A DNA stretch of 55,269 nt from Nanobdellota archaeon. Its GTDB lineage: Archaea; Nanobdellota; Nanobdellia; Woesearchaeales; GW2011-AR9. The position numbers and the translations under genes are program-made. Positions 34,841 to 45,000 of this stretch are shown piece after piece. The stretch is from contig JBBSYZ010000015.1 in NCBI GenBank assembly GCA_038045005.1, forward strand, positions 1 to 55,269, given 5' to 3'. How positions within the stretch are numbered: position 1 is the stretch's first letter; each line of letters begins with the position of its first letter. Under the pieces are notes generated by a model that was given only the letters and a program-made list of their open reading frames with translations, searched no databases and was not told the origin of the DNA.

Positions 34841-36895
34841 TTATTCTCCTATGTTTATGACCTGATCTTCATAACTTCCGTCGCGATAGATGGTGATGCC
34901 CTTGCATTTAGATTTCCAGGCCAGCATATAAGAATTTTCCACGTCTTTGATGGACGCAGTTCTCGGAAAATTGATGGTCTTAGAGATGGAATTATCGACG
35001 TGTTTCTGTAACGTCGCCTGCATCTTGATATGCCATTCCGGCTCGATGTCCTGCGCGGTCACGAAAATATCGCGCACGTCTTTCGGGACGTCCTTACAGT
35101 TTCGAACGGTTCCTTCTCTTGCGACTTGGGCGATCAGTTCCGGCGAATAAAAGCCGCGCTCTTTGGCGATTTTCTCAAATATCCTGTTGAGGTAGACTAT
35201 TTCAGCTGTGCCTAAGATAGTTTTATGATATGATATGGCGAAGAACGGCTCGCAGCCGGAAGAAGCGTCTGCTAAGATGCTGGTCGTTCCCGTCGGCGCA
35301 ATGGAAATGCAGGTCAGGTTGCGCATCTTTCTTTCGGCCTTGTGGTGTTCTGAATCTTTCCAGGCCGGACAAGGGCTGCGTTTTTCTGCCAGTTCAGAAG
35401 ACTTCTGGTAAGCGGTATTTTTTATGAAAGCCATGAGTTTGTCAGCCATCTCCAGCCCTTCCTCGGAGTCATATTTTATCTTAAGCCTGCTGAGCATATC
35501 CGCAAAACCCATCATGCCTAAACCGAATTTCCGTGTTTTTTTGGTATGTTCTTCTATTTCCTTGGTGGGGTAAGCGTTCATGTCAATTATATTATCAAGA
35601 AAATGCACCGCAGTCCGCACGGCATCAGCCAGCTCTTCCCAGGCCAGATCATTATTTTCGTCGTTGATAAATTTGTTTAAGTTCAATGAACCCAGGACGA
35701 TCCCTTCGTAAGGAAGCAGTGGCGCTTCCCCGCATTGATTGGTCGTCTCTATTTCTCCCAAGTGTTTTCCGGGATGTTTCCTATTTATCTCGTCGATGAA
35801 CAGCAGTCCCGGATCGCCGTTTTTCCAAGCGTTCTGGGTGATCATGGCAAAGACATCTCTGGCTTTGAGCTTTCCGACATATTTGTCTGTTTTCGGATTC
35901 ACCAGATAATATTCACGTTCTTCTTCCACCGCTTTCATGAAGCGGTCAGTTACGGCTACGGACAGATTAAAATTCTTCAATGCCGGCGGGTTGCGCTTAG
36001 CTTCGATGAACCGGATGATGTCCGGGTGTTCTACCCGCAATACTGCCATGTTAGCTCCCGGCCGCACTCCGCCCTGCTTTATCGCTTCCAAAGCTTTGTC
36101 GTACACTTTAAGGAAGGATACCGGTCCGGCAGCTACACCTACGTTAGACATGACGAAATCTCCTTTCGGCCGCAGGCGGGAAAAAGAAAATCCCGTTCCG
36201 GATCCGCGCTGATGGATGAGCGCCGCCTCTTTCAAAGTGCCGAAAATGCCGTTGATATTATCTTCTATGGGAAGGACGAAGCAGGAACTTAACTGCTGGG
36301 TTATCGTTCCTGCGTTCATCAAGGTCGGCGAGTTAGGCAGAAATTTCAATTCGGCCATGAGCGCATAAAATCTTTCTTCGTTTTTTTTGATCTCTTCCGG
36401 AGCTGCGCCATATAATCTGTCCGCAGCGGCGATATTTTTGGCCACCCGTTGCAGCATCCCTTTAGGAGTCTCGACCACCTTTCCTTCCGGATTTTTCAGC
36501 AGGTAACGGCGTTCCAGGATTTTCAACGCTTCGTTAGAGAATTGCAGGTTGGCATCGGCATTTTCTCTTCCGACGATCAGGGCTCTTTGCTCCCTCTCCT
36601 GATCTTTTTGGTGGCGGTAAAGGATGTATGCTTTTGCAGTTTTAGCATGCCCTTCTTCGATAAGGGTTTTTTCCACCGCATCCTGGATGTCATCTACTGT
36701 GGGAATTTTTCCGCGAAATTTCTTCTGCAGGTTTTCCAGGACTTTCAGGGCGAGAGAATGAGCCAGATCCCGGTCCTTTCCTCCCACAGTTTGGGCGGCT
36801 TGGAAAATAGCTTCGGTGATCTTATTAACATCAAATTCGGCGACGAGGCCGTCCCGCTTGATGATCTTTTTTATGGGAAGATTGCTTTCATTCAT
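34841..36895 (-). CDS. nrdJ: Class II (adenosylcobalamin-type) ribonucleotide reductase, short form with N-terminal ATP-cone
   Basis: ATP-cone IKRDGLVAEFDVNKI. Core motifs are SSCFVLPIED, GSGTGFSFSRLRPKG, TTNQCGE and GITIYRDGS. The Cys expected 11 residues after the thiyl Cys is Ile here (see findings). Confidence 0.8.
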   Translation of the reverse strand: MNESNLPIKKIIKRDGLVAEFDVNKITEAIFQAAQTVGGKDRDLAHSLALKVLENLQKKFRGKIPTVDDIQDAVEKTLIEEGHAKTAKAYILYRHQKDQEREQRALIVGRENADANLQFSNEALKILERRYLLKNPEGKVVETPKGMLQRVAKNIAAADRLYGAAPEEIKKNEERFYALMAELKFLPNSPTLMNAGTITQQLSSCFVLPIEDNINGIFGTLKEAALIHQRGSGTGFSFSRLRPKGDFVMSNVGVAAGPVSFLKVYDKALEAIKQGGVRPGANMAVLRVEHPDIIRFIEAKRNPPALKNFNLSVAVTDRFMKAVEEEREYYLVNPKTDKYVGKLKARDVFAMITQNAWKNGDPGLLFIDEINRKHPGKHLGEIETTNQCGEAPLLPYEGIVLGSLNLNKFINDENNDLAWEELADAVRTAVHFLDNIIDMNAYPTKEIEEHTKKTRKFGLGMMGFADMLSRLKIKYDSEEGLEMADKLMAFIKNTAYQKSSELAEKRSPCPAWKDSEHHKAERKMRNLTCISIAPTGTTSILADASSGCEPFFAISYHKTILGTAEIVYLNRIFEKIAKERGFYSPELIAQVAREGTVRNCKDVPKDVRDIFVTAQDIEPEWHIKMQATLQKHVDNSISKTINFPRTASIKDVENSYMLAWKSKCKGITIYRDGSYEDQVINIGE

Positions 36896-36938
36896 GTTTG
36901 TTCTGAAAGAAAGAGAACATTAAAAGATTTTGGGTGAA

Positions 36939-37484
36939 TTATGCTTTGGCAAGATGTTTTAAAATTACTTTGATCTCAGATAGTTCCAGCTTATCATCAC
37001 GATGCCTTGCAAAATTAGCTAAAGGAGTTCCCTGGGCTTTTCCTTGGGCATATTGAGTGATAGCTTGGGCGATGCTCTCCGCGCTTCCTAAAGAATCGAC
37101 TTTTTTTAGGACTCTGCTGCTGTCCGGGTCAAAACGCCTGCTTTTTTCAAACAATCCATACTCGTCATAAGCGAAAAGAGGTAATTTCCAAAAGCGTCTA
37201 GTGCCCCGCTTTGATAATAGATGCATCGCATATGAAAATTACCTCTTTTCGCTTCCCGAACCAAGCTTAACCATTTTCCTGGCTTCGGGAAAATGGTCTT
37301 GAATATGGTGTCCTGAATTTTTACAAGCTTCTTTTGCTTTATCTATCGCGTTCAGGAAGTTTTCCCATTTATCGTATCCTAAAAGCTTCTGCAAATCTCT
37401 GGCAAACCAGAATTCTATGCCTTCTTCTTTGTAGGCAAATTCTTCAAATGATTTTTGTAAAGTGATTATGGTTCCTTTTTCCAT
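36939..37484 (-). pseudogene. DinD-like (DNA-damage-inducible protein D family) gene remnants in two ORFs
   Basis: The 81-aa ORF (37239-37484) matches the DinD N-terminal pattern WFARDLQKLLGYDKWENFLNAIDKAKEACKNSGHHIQDHF. The following 95-aa ORF (36939-37226) is in another frame and shows only weak resemblance. Confidence 0.4.
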
Positions 37485-37548
37485 AATGGGCTTAGGGTGA
37501 GAATGGGTTTATATATTTTAGCCGGACTTGTCCAGTGGGTAGTGGGTG

Positions 37549-37824
37549 TTATTTTTCTGTCTTTTTCCTCTTCCTGATGTTCTCTAAGGTCTTATTGCCT
37601 TTAGCGGTGGGATAGAGGAAAGTGGAAGGTTTTCCATTAGCGGGGTCTTTATCCGTATGTTCAACTTTTATTTCTTCAGAATCTTCTAAATTTTGTAAGT
37701 GTGATGTTAGGCTGGCTGGATTTGTGCCAATCTTGTAATTTAAAGTATTTGGGTGGATTCCGGGCGTTTCCTTCACTTGCCGTAATATTTTTTCTTTAAT
37801 CTCATAAGAAGGTCTTTTCTTCAT
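37549..37824 (-). CDS. Small winged-helix DNA-binding protein
   Basis: 91 aa with a basic tail and an HTH-like IHPNTLNYKIGTNPASLTSHLQNL. Divergent from the restriction-modification (RM) gene with a 56-nt spacer. Confidence 0.5.
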   Translation of the reverse strand: MKKRPSYEIKEKILRQVKETPGIHPNTLNYKIGTNPASLTSHLQNLEDSEEIKVEHTDKDPANGKPSTFLYPTAKGNKTLENIRKRKKTEK

Positions 37825-37880
37825 ATTACAATAATGTAGGAAGCTTTAAATATAGCTAATTAACAATATTGTAAGTAGCT

Positions 37881-40800
37881 ATGGCTGAACTAAATCCTAA
37901 AGAACGAGCTAAGGAAGAAGTAAAAAAGCTTATAAAAATCTTCAATGATAATTTCCAACAATACAAGCTTTCCACTTATAAAGAAGCACAAGTGAGGATA
38001 GAATTTATTGATAAATTTTTCAATGCATTAGGGTGGGATGTAAATAATAAACAAGGATTCTCAGAACAATTTAAAGAAGTAATAAGTGAAGATGCTATAA
38101 AAATCGAAGGGAATACGAAAGCACCAGATTATGCTTTTAGAATTGGTGGTCAAAGAATATTTTTTGTTGAAGCAAAAAAACCTTCTGTTCAATTAAAGGA
38201 CAACCCTGAAGCAGCATACCAATTAAGACATTATGCTTGGAACAGCGGTATTCCCATCTCAATATTGACTGATTTTGAGGATTTTATTGTTTATGATTGT
38301 AGAGTAAAACCTAATGAGAAAGATAATTCAAGTGTAGCGAGAATCTTATTGGTTGATTATAAAGATTATATTGATAACTTTGATAAGATCTGGGATATAT
38401 TTTCTAAAGAAGCTGTACTTAAAGGCAGTTTCGAAAGGTATGTCGAATCTAAAAAAGGAATAAAAGGCACTGCCGAAGTGGATAATGAATTTTTGAAAGA
38501 AATAGAAAAATGGAGGGATAATTTGGCTAAAAATATAGCATTAAGAAACCCCGGCCTCTCTATTTCTGAATTAAATTTTGCAGTTCAAAAAACAATAGAT
38601 AGAGTTCTTTTCTTAATAATTGCTGAATACAAAAATATTGAGATTTATGGGAAATTAGGGCAAATCGCACAAAAACCAGATATTTACAAAAATTTAATGC
38701 CCCACTTTAAAGATTCAGATGATAAATACAATAGTGGAATTTTTGATTTTTCAAAAGATGCTATCACACCTAAATTATCTATTGATGATAAAATTATAAA
38801 AGAGATTATTGAAAATTTATATTATCCAAAATCCCCCTATGATTATTCTGTTTTACCAATAGAGATTTTAGGAAAAGTTTATGAAAAATTCTTGGGCAAA
38901 ACAATAAGATTAACTTCTTCTCATCAAGCCAAAGTAGAAGAGAAGCCAGAAGTTAGAAAAGCAGGAGGTGTTTATTACACACCAGAGTATATTGTTGATT
39001 ATATTGTGGAGAGTACTGTTGGAAAATTAATAAAAGATAAAACACCAAAGCAAATAGAAAACATCAAAATACTTGATTCTGCTTGCGGTTCTGGGACTTT
39101 CTTGGTGAGGGCATACACTTATGTTTTAGACTATCTTTTGGATTACTACAGACAAAATCCGTCTAAATACAAAAAAGAAATTTATCAAACTAAAAAAGGA
39201 AACTATTTTTTAACAACGGAAGTAAGAAAGAAGATTCTATTAAACAATATTTATGGTGTAGATATTGATGCACAAGCAGTAGAAGTAACAAAATTAAGTC
39301 TATTACTGAAAGTATTGGAAAATGAAACTAAAGAAAGTGTTAATCAGCAATTAAAACTATTCAAAGAAAGAGCTTTGCCAAATCTCGACAATAATATAAA
39401 ATGTGGTAATTCTTTAGTCAATTCTTCTTATTTCTCACAAAAAACCCTAAGTTCAGAAACAGAAGAGTGGCAGAAGATAAATCCATTTGACTGGGATAAA
39501 GAGTTTCCATTTAAATTTGATATAATAATAGGAAATCCCCCCTATGTCAAAGAATACACGCACAGGGAATCATTTGAGTTAGTTAAACATACGGATATGG
39601 TAAAATACTATCAAGGAAAAATGGATCTTTGGTATTTCTTTACTTGTAAAGCATTAGATTTACTAAAAGAAGACGGGTTACATAGCTATATTGCACAGAA
39701 TAACTGGGTTACTAGTGCGGGGGCATCCATTTTAAGGAATAAAGTACTAAGCGATTCAAAAATAATCTCTTTCTTCGATTTCAATGACTTTAAAGTTTTT
39801 AAAGAGGCTGGAATTCAAACCATGATTTTTGTTTTAGAAAAAAAACAAACAAATCGTGCATACAGTATTGATTATTATAGGGTGATAGATAAAAACGTAT
39901 CGAAGGAAGAGTTAGCAAATTATTTGATTACAAAAAAAGATGGTGAAAAAATAGAGAAATTCAAAGCAAAAATTAATCCTGCCGAATTAAAAGATAAAAC
40001 TATCAGCTTTGTTAATAGCCAAAATACTGATATTTTTGAACGCATGAAAAATGCAGATGTATTTTATTTGACAGAAAAAGAAATAACCAACGGATTACAA
40101 GTTCAACAGGAAAAAGTAAATAAAAAAAATCTAAAAGTATTAGGTGGGGATTTTAAGTTAGGAGAAGGAATTTTTATACTTTCAACCGATGAGCTGATGA
40201 AATTAAATTTATCAGAAAAAGAAACAAAAGACTTAATTAAGCCGTTATACACGCCTAAAGAGATAAATAAATACCACATTAACGATAAAAATAAATTTTG
40301 GGTGATTTACACCAGTTCAAAATTCAAAAATCCCGCCGAAATAAAACCCTATCCTAATATAAAAAATCATTTAGATCGGTTTAAAAAAGTTATTACGACT
40401 GACTTTAAACCTTACGGAATTCATAGGATTAGAGTCGAAGATTTTTTCAAAGAAGAAAAAATAATCTCTATTCGGAAAACAAAATCTCCCGGTTTTTCTT
40501 TTGTAGATTTTGATTGTTATGTTAATCAAGTGTATTATATCATTAAGACCAATAAAATAAACATGAAATTCCTAACGGGATTACTTAACTCTAAACTAAT
40601 TTATTTTTGGTTATATCATCAAGGGAAAAGGCAAGGTGAGCAATTACAAATAGATAAAGCTCCCTTAGTAAGAATCCCAATAATAAAAAACGAAGATGAA
40701 CAAGTTATAAAAAATGTTGAGACAATAATTGAACTATCTAAAAAATTGGAATCTGTTAATCTTGAACGGGAAAAAGAAATCATTAGGAAACAGATTGATG

Positions 40801-40889
40801 ATTTGGAAGAAAAGATTGACGCGATAGTTTACAGATTATACCACATTACTAAAGAAGAAAAGATAATTATCGAGGGGAGTTTGAAATGA
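37881..40889 (+). CDS. Type IIG restriction-modification enzyme (fused PD-(D/E)xK nuclease, gamma-class N6-adenine methyltransferase, specificity region)
   Basis: Nuclease motif PDYAFRIGGQRIFFVEAKK. Methyltransferase motif I is LDSACGSGTFLV and motif IV is IIGNPPYV. The C-terminal ~400 aa are typical of a target-recognition domain. Confidence 0.8.
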   Translation: MAELNPKERAKEEVKKLIKIFNDNFQQYKLSTYKEAQVRIEFIDKFFNALGWDVNNKQGFSEQFKEVISEDAIKIEGNTKAPDYAFRIGGQRIFFVEAKKPSVQLKDNPEAAYQLRHYAWNSGIPISILTDFEDFIVYDCRVKPNEKDNSSVARILLVDYKDYIDNFDKIWDIFSKEAVLKGSFERYVESKKGIKGTAEVDNEFLKEIEKWRDNLAKNIALRNPGLSISELNFAVQKTIDRVLFLIIAEYKNIEIYGKLGQIAQKPDIYKNLMPHFKDSDDKYNSGIFDFSKDAITPKLSIDDKIIKEIIENLYYPKSPYDYSVLPIEILGKVYEKFLGKTIRLTSSHQAKVEEKPEVRKAGGVYYTPEYIVDYIVESTVGKLIKDKTPKQIENIKILDSACGSGTFLVRAYTYVLDYLLDYYRQNPSKYKKEIYQTKKGNYFLTTEVRKKILLNNIYGVDIDAQAVEVTKLSLLLKVLENETKESVNQQLKLFKERALPNLDNNIKCGNSLVNSSYFSQKTLSSETEEWQKINPFDWDKEFPFKFDIIIGNPPYVKEYTHRESFELVKHTDMVKYYQGKMDLWYFFTCKALDLLKEDGLHSYIAQNNWVTSAGASILRNKVLSDSKIISFFDFNDFKVFKEAGIQTMIFVLEKKQTNRAYSIDYYRVIDKNVSKEELANYLITKKDGEKIEKFKAKINPAELKDKTISFVNSQNTDIFERMKNADVFYLTEKEITNGLQVQQEKVNKKNLKVLGGDFKLGEGIFILSTDELMKLNLSEKETKDLIKPLYTPKEINKYHINDKNKFWVIYTSSKFKNPAEIKPYPNIKNHLDRFKKVITTDFKPYGIHRIRVEDFFKEEKIISIRKTKSPGFSFVDFDCYVNQVYYIIKTNKINMKFLTGLLNSKLIYFWLYHQGKRQGEQLQIDKAPLVRIPIIKNEDEQVIKNVETIIELSKKLESVNLEREKEIIRKQIDDLEEKIDAIVYRLYHITKEEKIIIEGSLK

Positions 40890-41980
40890 GATATAACTGT
40901 CTTATATTTTTATTAGCCATTATAATGTTTACTCTTGATGTAACAGCAGAGATAGTTGATTATGAAGTTGTTACTAGATTAAATAATAAGAATATTGGTA
41001 AAAGTGGTCAAATAAACTATTCCGTAGATATATTTGGCTCGGGTAATTGTACTGATGCTTGGATTCAAGTAATTCCGGAAGGAAAATTAGATTTTTCTTC
41101 ATCATTGTCAGTAAAACACACACGTAGTTTGGATCCTACATTATTAATACCTCTTGAATTTGAGAGTTTAGCTCTCAATGGAAATCCCAATTGCTCTCCC
41201 GATACTATTAAGACAATTGAAACAACCACTATGCATTTAGATGGAGTACATTTTGGAGAACTTAACTATTTAAATTTTTTAGGAAAAATCGATACCACTG
41301 GGAAAATAGAAGGCGGGGATTACGATTTAAATATAATCTTCTCTTGTAAAAAAGGCGAAGATTGGCATATTTTCAGCAATAAAAGTACTTTCCATATAAA
41401 ATACTGGTTGGAAGAATTACAATATTTATCTCAATATATTCTGATGATACTCTCGTTTATTTTTGGTATTTGTGCCAATTTTCTTTCAAATTTGATTTTT
41501 GCTTTTTGGAATAAACCCATAAATTTTATTGAAGATGAGGTAACCGAAAGAAAAAGTAGTTCTGGCATTTTTTATAGAATAATCGTGAAAAATAAAGGAA
41601 AGAGTGCATCTAAAAATTGCACCTCTAGAATTATTCTTACTGGTAAGATAGATGAAAAAGATCTATTTTTGGAAACATTGTTACCCTGGGCACCAGCATT
41701 AAATAGTGGAATAGTAGATATAAATGTTGATGACGCAAGGGAGTTAGATTTATGTTTATATAAAGATGGTTCGATTGTGATCCCTAATCACAAAGGCTAC
41801 AATAACCATGAAAAACCATTATTAGATGGGATAGAAGTTGATTATAACTTGGATATGTCAAAATTAAAAACCCTACGAGGAAATCTAATCATTAGTTCTG
41901 AAAATGCAACAATATTAAATAAAAAATTGATTATTAATTATGATAATAATAATCTAAAAATTAAGATAAAAATGAAGTGA
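40886..41980 (+). CDS. Hypothetical bitopic membrane protein translationally coupled to the RM gene
   Basis: 364 aa. The start overlaps the RM stop (ATGA). Signal/TM at the N-terminus and a central TM YILMILSFIFGICANFLSNLIFAF. No motif recognised. Confidence 0.5.
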   Translation: MRYNCLIFLLAIIMFTLDVTAEIVDYEVVTRLNNKNIGKSGQINYSVDIFGSGNCTDAWIQVIPEGKLDFSSSLSVKHTRSLDPTLLIPLEFESLALNGNPNCSPDTIKTIETTTMHLDGVHFGELNYLNFLGKIDTTGKIEGGDYDLNIIFSCKKGEDWHIFSNKSTFHIKYWLEELQYLSQYILMILSFIFGICANFLSNLIFAFWNKPINFIEDEVTERKSSSGIFYRIIVKNKGKSASKNCTSRIILTGKIDEKDLFLETLLPWAPALNSGIVDINVDDARELDLCLYKDGSIVIPNHKGYNNHEKPLLDGIEVDYNLDMSKLKTLRGNLIISSENATILNKKLIINYDNNNLKIKIKMK

Positions 41981-42005
41981 CCGATTAGATAGTTATCTTT
42001 CCCCC

Positions 42006-45000
42006 CTAACTGCACCCCGTCGTATCCCCGCACACCTCGCACAACATGCAAGTGCCGTTCCTTCTCAGCTGAGTCGCTCCGCAGCCTTTGCAGGATTGCT
42101 TGCCTTCAACTGCATTTTCACTTACAACTGTTTCTACAGCCGAAATCTCTTCTTCATCAAATTCCTGCAGGAACATTCTTAATTCCGAAATAAGAGGGTG
42201 CCCTTTGACATTCAAGCTTTTCTCAGCGATAAGAGAGGGAGTAAATCCGTTCTGCAATCCTAAGTTCACCAGATTCAATACTGCTCTCATCATGGTTTCC
42301 TGCGCCGGGGATAACCCTTCAAATTTATACGATATTTCTCCAACTTTATTATCCCGCATCACCGCAGAAAGAGTAAGCATCTGCGGGCCGACCTTGACTT
42401 TCTTTCTAATAATCTCTTTAACTTTGTAATTTTGTGAAGCAGTAGTCTCTTCCAGCATCTTCTTCATCTCCGGATGCTGTTCTAAGGTAGTGTTCAAGGG
42501 CTGGGATAATTTACAGCCGTCCCGATACAACGCAACTGCTTTGATCATCATGGTCCAGGCGTCGTAATATGCTTTCTTGATCTGCGCGACCGTCCATTCC
42601 TGAGGCATGTTGATAGTTTTTGAAATAGCACCGGAGATGAACGGCTGCACCGCTGCCAGCATCTTCAGATGCCCGTAAGGATGAATGTATCTCCGCCCTT
42701 TTTTTCCGCATTTGTTGGCGCAGTCAAATATCTCATAATGCTCTACCCGAAGATGCGGAGCCCCTTCCAGAGTCATAGTGCCGCAGATGTATCGGTTGGC
42801 AAGATCTATCTGTTCCTGGCTGAAGCCGAGAGTGTTAAGCATTTTACCTTCTTTTCCGTCCATCAACTTTGCATACAGCTCTTCTCCTAAAGCCCATCTG
42901 CTGAACAGCTGCTCGATGTCCATGGTATTCCTTAATTCTTTTTCAACCTTCTCCAGAGCTTTGGAAGTGAAACCTTTTTGCAATAAGGATTCTTTATTGA
43001 TGGCCGGGCTTCCTTCAAAATTTCCGCGGCCTAGGCAATAAGCGATTATCTCCTTGATCTGCTTCTCGCTGTAACCTAGCTTATGCAGCGCTTTAGGTAC
43101 AGAATTGTTGACTATCTTAAAGAAGCCGCCTCCGGCAAGTTTCTTGTATTTTACCAAAGCATAATCCGGCTCTACGCCGGTGGTGTCGCAATCCATGACC
43201 AACCCGATGGTGCCGGTAGGAGCCAAAACTGTGACTTGTGCATTCCTATACCCGAATTGCTCTCCTAATTCTAAAGCCTTATCCCAGCAGTCATGAACTG
43301 CATCGAGCAATTCCGTCGGACATAAATTTTGATTGATCGCTTTCGGCCGGATACTCAATCCTTCGTAATCGTCCGTATCATATGCTGCCCGGCGATGATT
43401 TCTTATCACCCTAAGCATGGATTCTTTATTTTCAGGGTATCGTTCAAATGCTCCCAAGATACTGGCAAGTTCAGCAGAGGTTGCATAACTTTGCCCGGTC
43501 ATGATCGCGGCCATGGTTCCGGCGATGGCATGGCTTTTATCGCTGTCGTAAGGGATCCCCTGCAGCATCAGCAGGGTGCCCAGATTTGCGAATCCTAACC
43601 CGATAGTCCTATATTCAAAACTTTTTTTGGCGATCTCTTCCGAAGGGAAGTGAGCCATGAGCACGGAAATCTCTAAAGCTATCGTCCATAAGTGGATAAC
43701 GTGCCGGTATCCCTGCACATCAAATTCTCCTTTTTCTTCATCATATAACCTTACCAGATTGATCGATGCTAAATTGCAGGCGGTGTCGTCCAAAAAAACG
43801 TATTCGCTGCAGGGATTGGTCGCTCTAAGCCTTCCTCCGGCCGGACAGGTATGCCATTCGTTCATAGTCGTGTCGAATTGAACTCCGGGATCGGCGGAAG
43901 CCCAGGCGCAGTATCCGATGTCATCCCATAATTTTTCTGCAGGAAGGATTTTCATAACCTCGCCGGTGATCCTTCCCTTCAGTTCCCACATCCCTTTATT
44001 TTCTAAAACTTCAAAAAAAGTGTTAGGGATGCGTACGGAATTATTGCTGTTCTGTCCTGAAACGGTTAGATATGCATCCGACTCATAATGGGTGTCAAAT
44101 TCTTTTAGAGGAAGATCATACCCCTGCTTGGCTAAATCGATGGCGCGCACGATATAATTCAGAGGGATCTTATTATCAGCAGCTTCTTTCATCGCTGACT
44201 GCACTTCCTGATGTTCCAACGGCTTCTCTTTGTTTTTTGCAGATTCTATCAGCTTAGATAATTTCTCATTAAGTGTTTTGCTTCCTGCGACTAAACTGGC
44301 GACTTTTTCTTCTTCTCTAGTTTTCCACCACACGAAATCTTCTATTTCCGGATGGTCTAGATCAAGACAGACCATTTTAGCCGCTCTTCTGGTCGTCCCC
44401 CCGGACTTGACGCTGCCGGCGGCGACATCAAAAATCTTCAGGAAACTCATCAATCCTGAACTCTGTCCGCCGCCTGAAAGTCTTTCTCCTTTTCCGCGCA
44501 GATTGGAAAAGTTGCTTCCTGTACCGCTGCCGTATTTGAATATTCTAGCTTCCCGGGTGAGCAGGCTGAAGATCCCGCTGGGCCTGACCAGATCGTCGGT
44601 GATGCTCTGGATAAAACACGCATGCGGCTGGCTTCTGGTGTATGCATCTTTGGAAAATTCTAATTTTTTAGTGATAGGGTCAACAAAACTATGTCCCTGC
44701 GCAGGACCGGTCAATCCATAAGCCCAATTCAATCCGGTGGTAAACCACTGCGGGCTGTTAGGGGCTGCATATTGATGTATAATCATGAAAACCATCTCTT
44801 CGTAGAAAACCGTTGCGTCCTGTGATGAAGAAAAATAACCGTAATGTTCTCCCCAATGCTTCCAGCAGCCGGCGATGCGGTGCGCTACCTGCTTGATGCT
44901 GGTCTCGCTGCCGGTGATGATTTTCCCATTTTCATCAAGAAGAAGTTCGCCATCTTCGCTGCGTAAAGGGACGCCGGCCTTACGAAAATATTTTTGCGCC

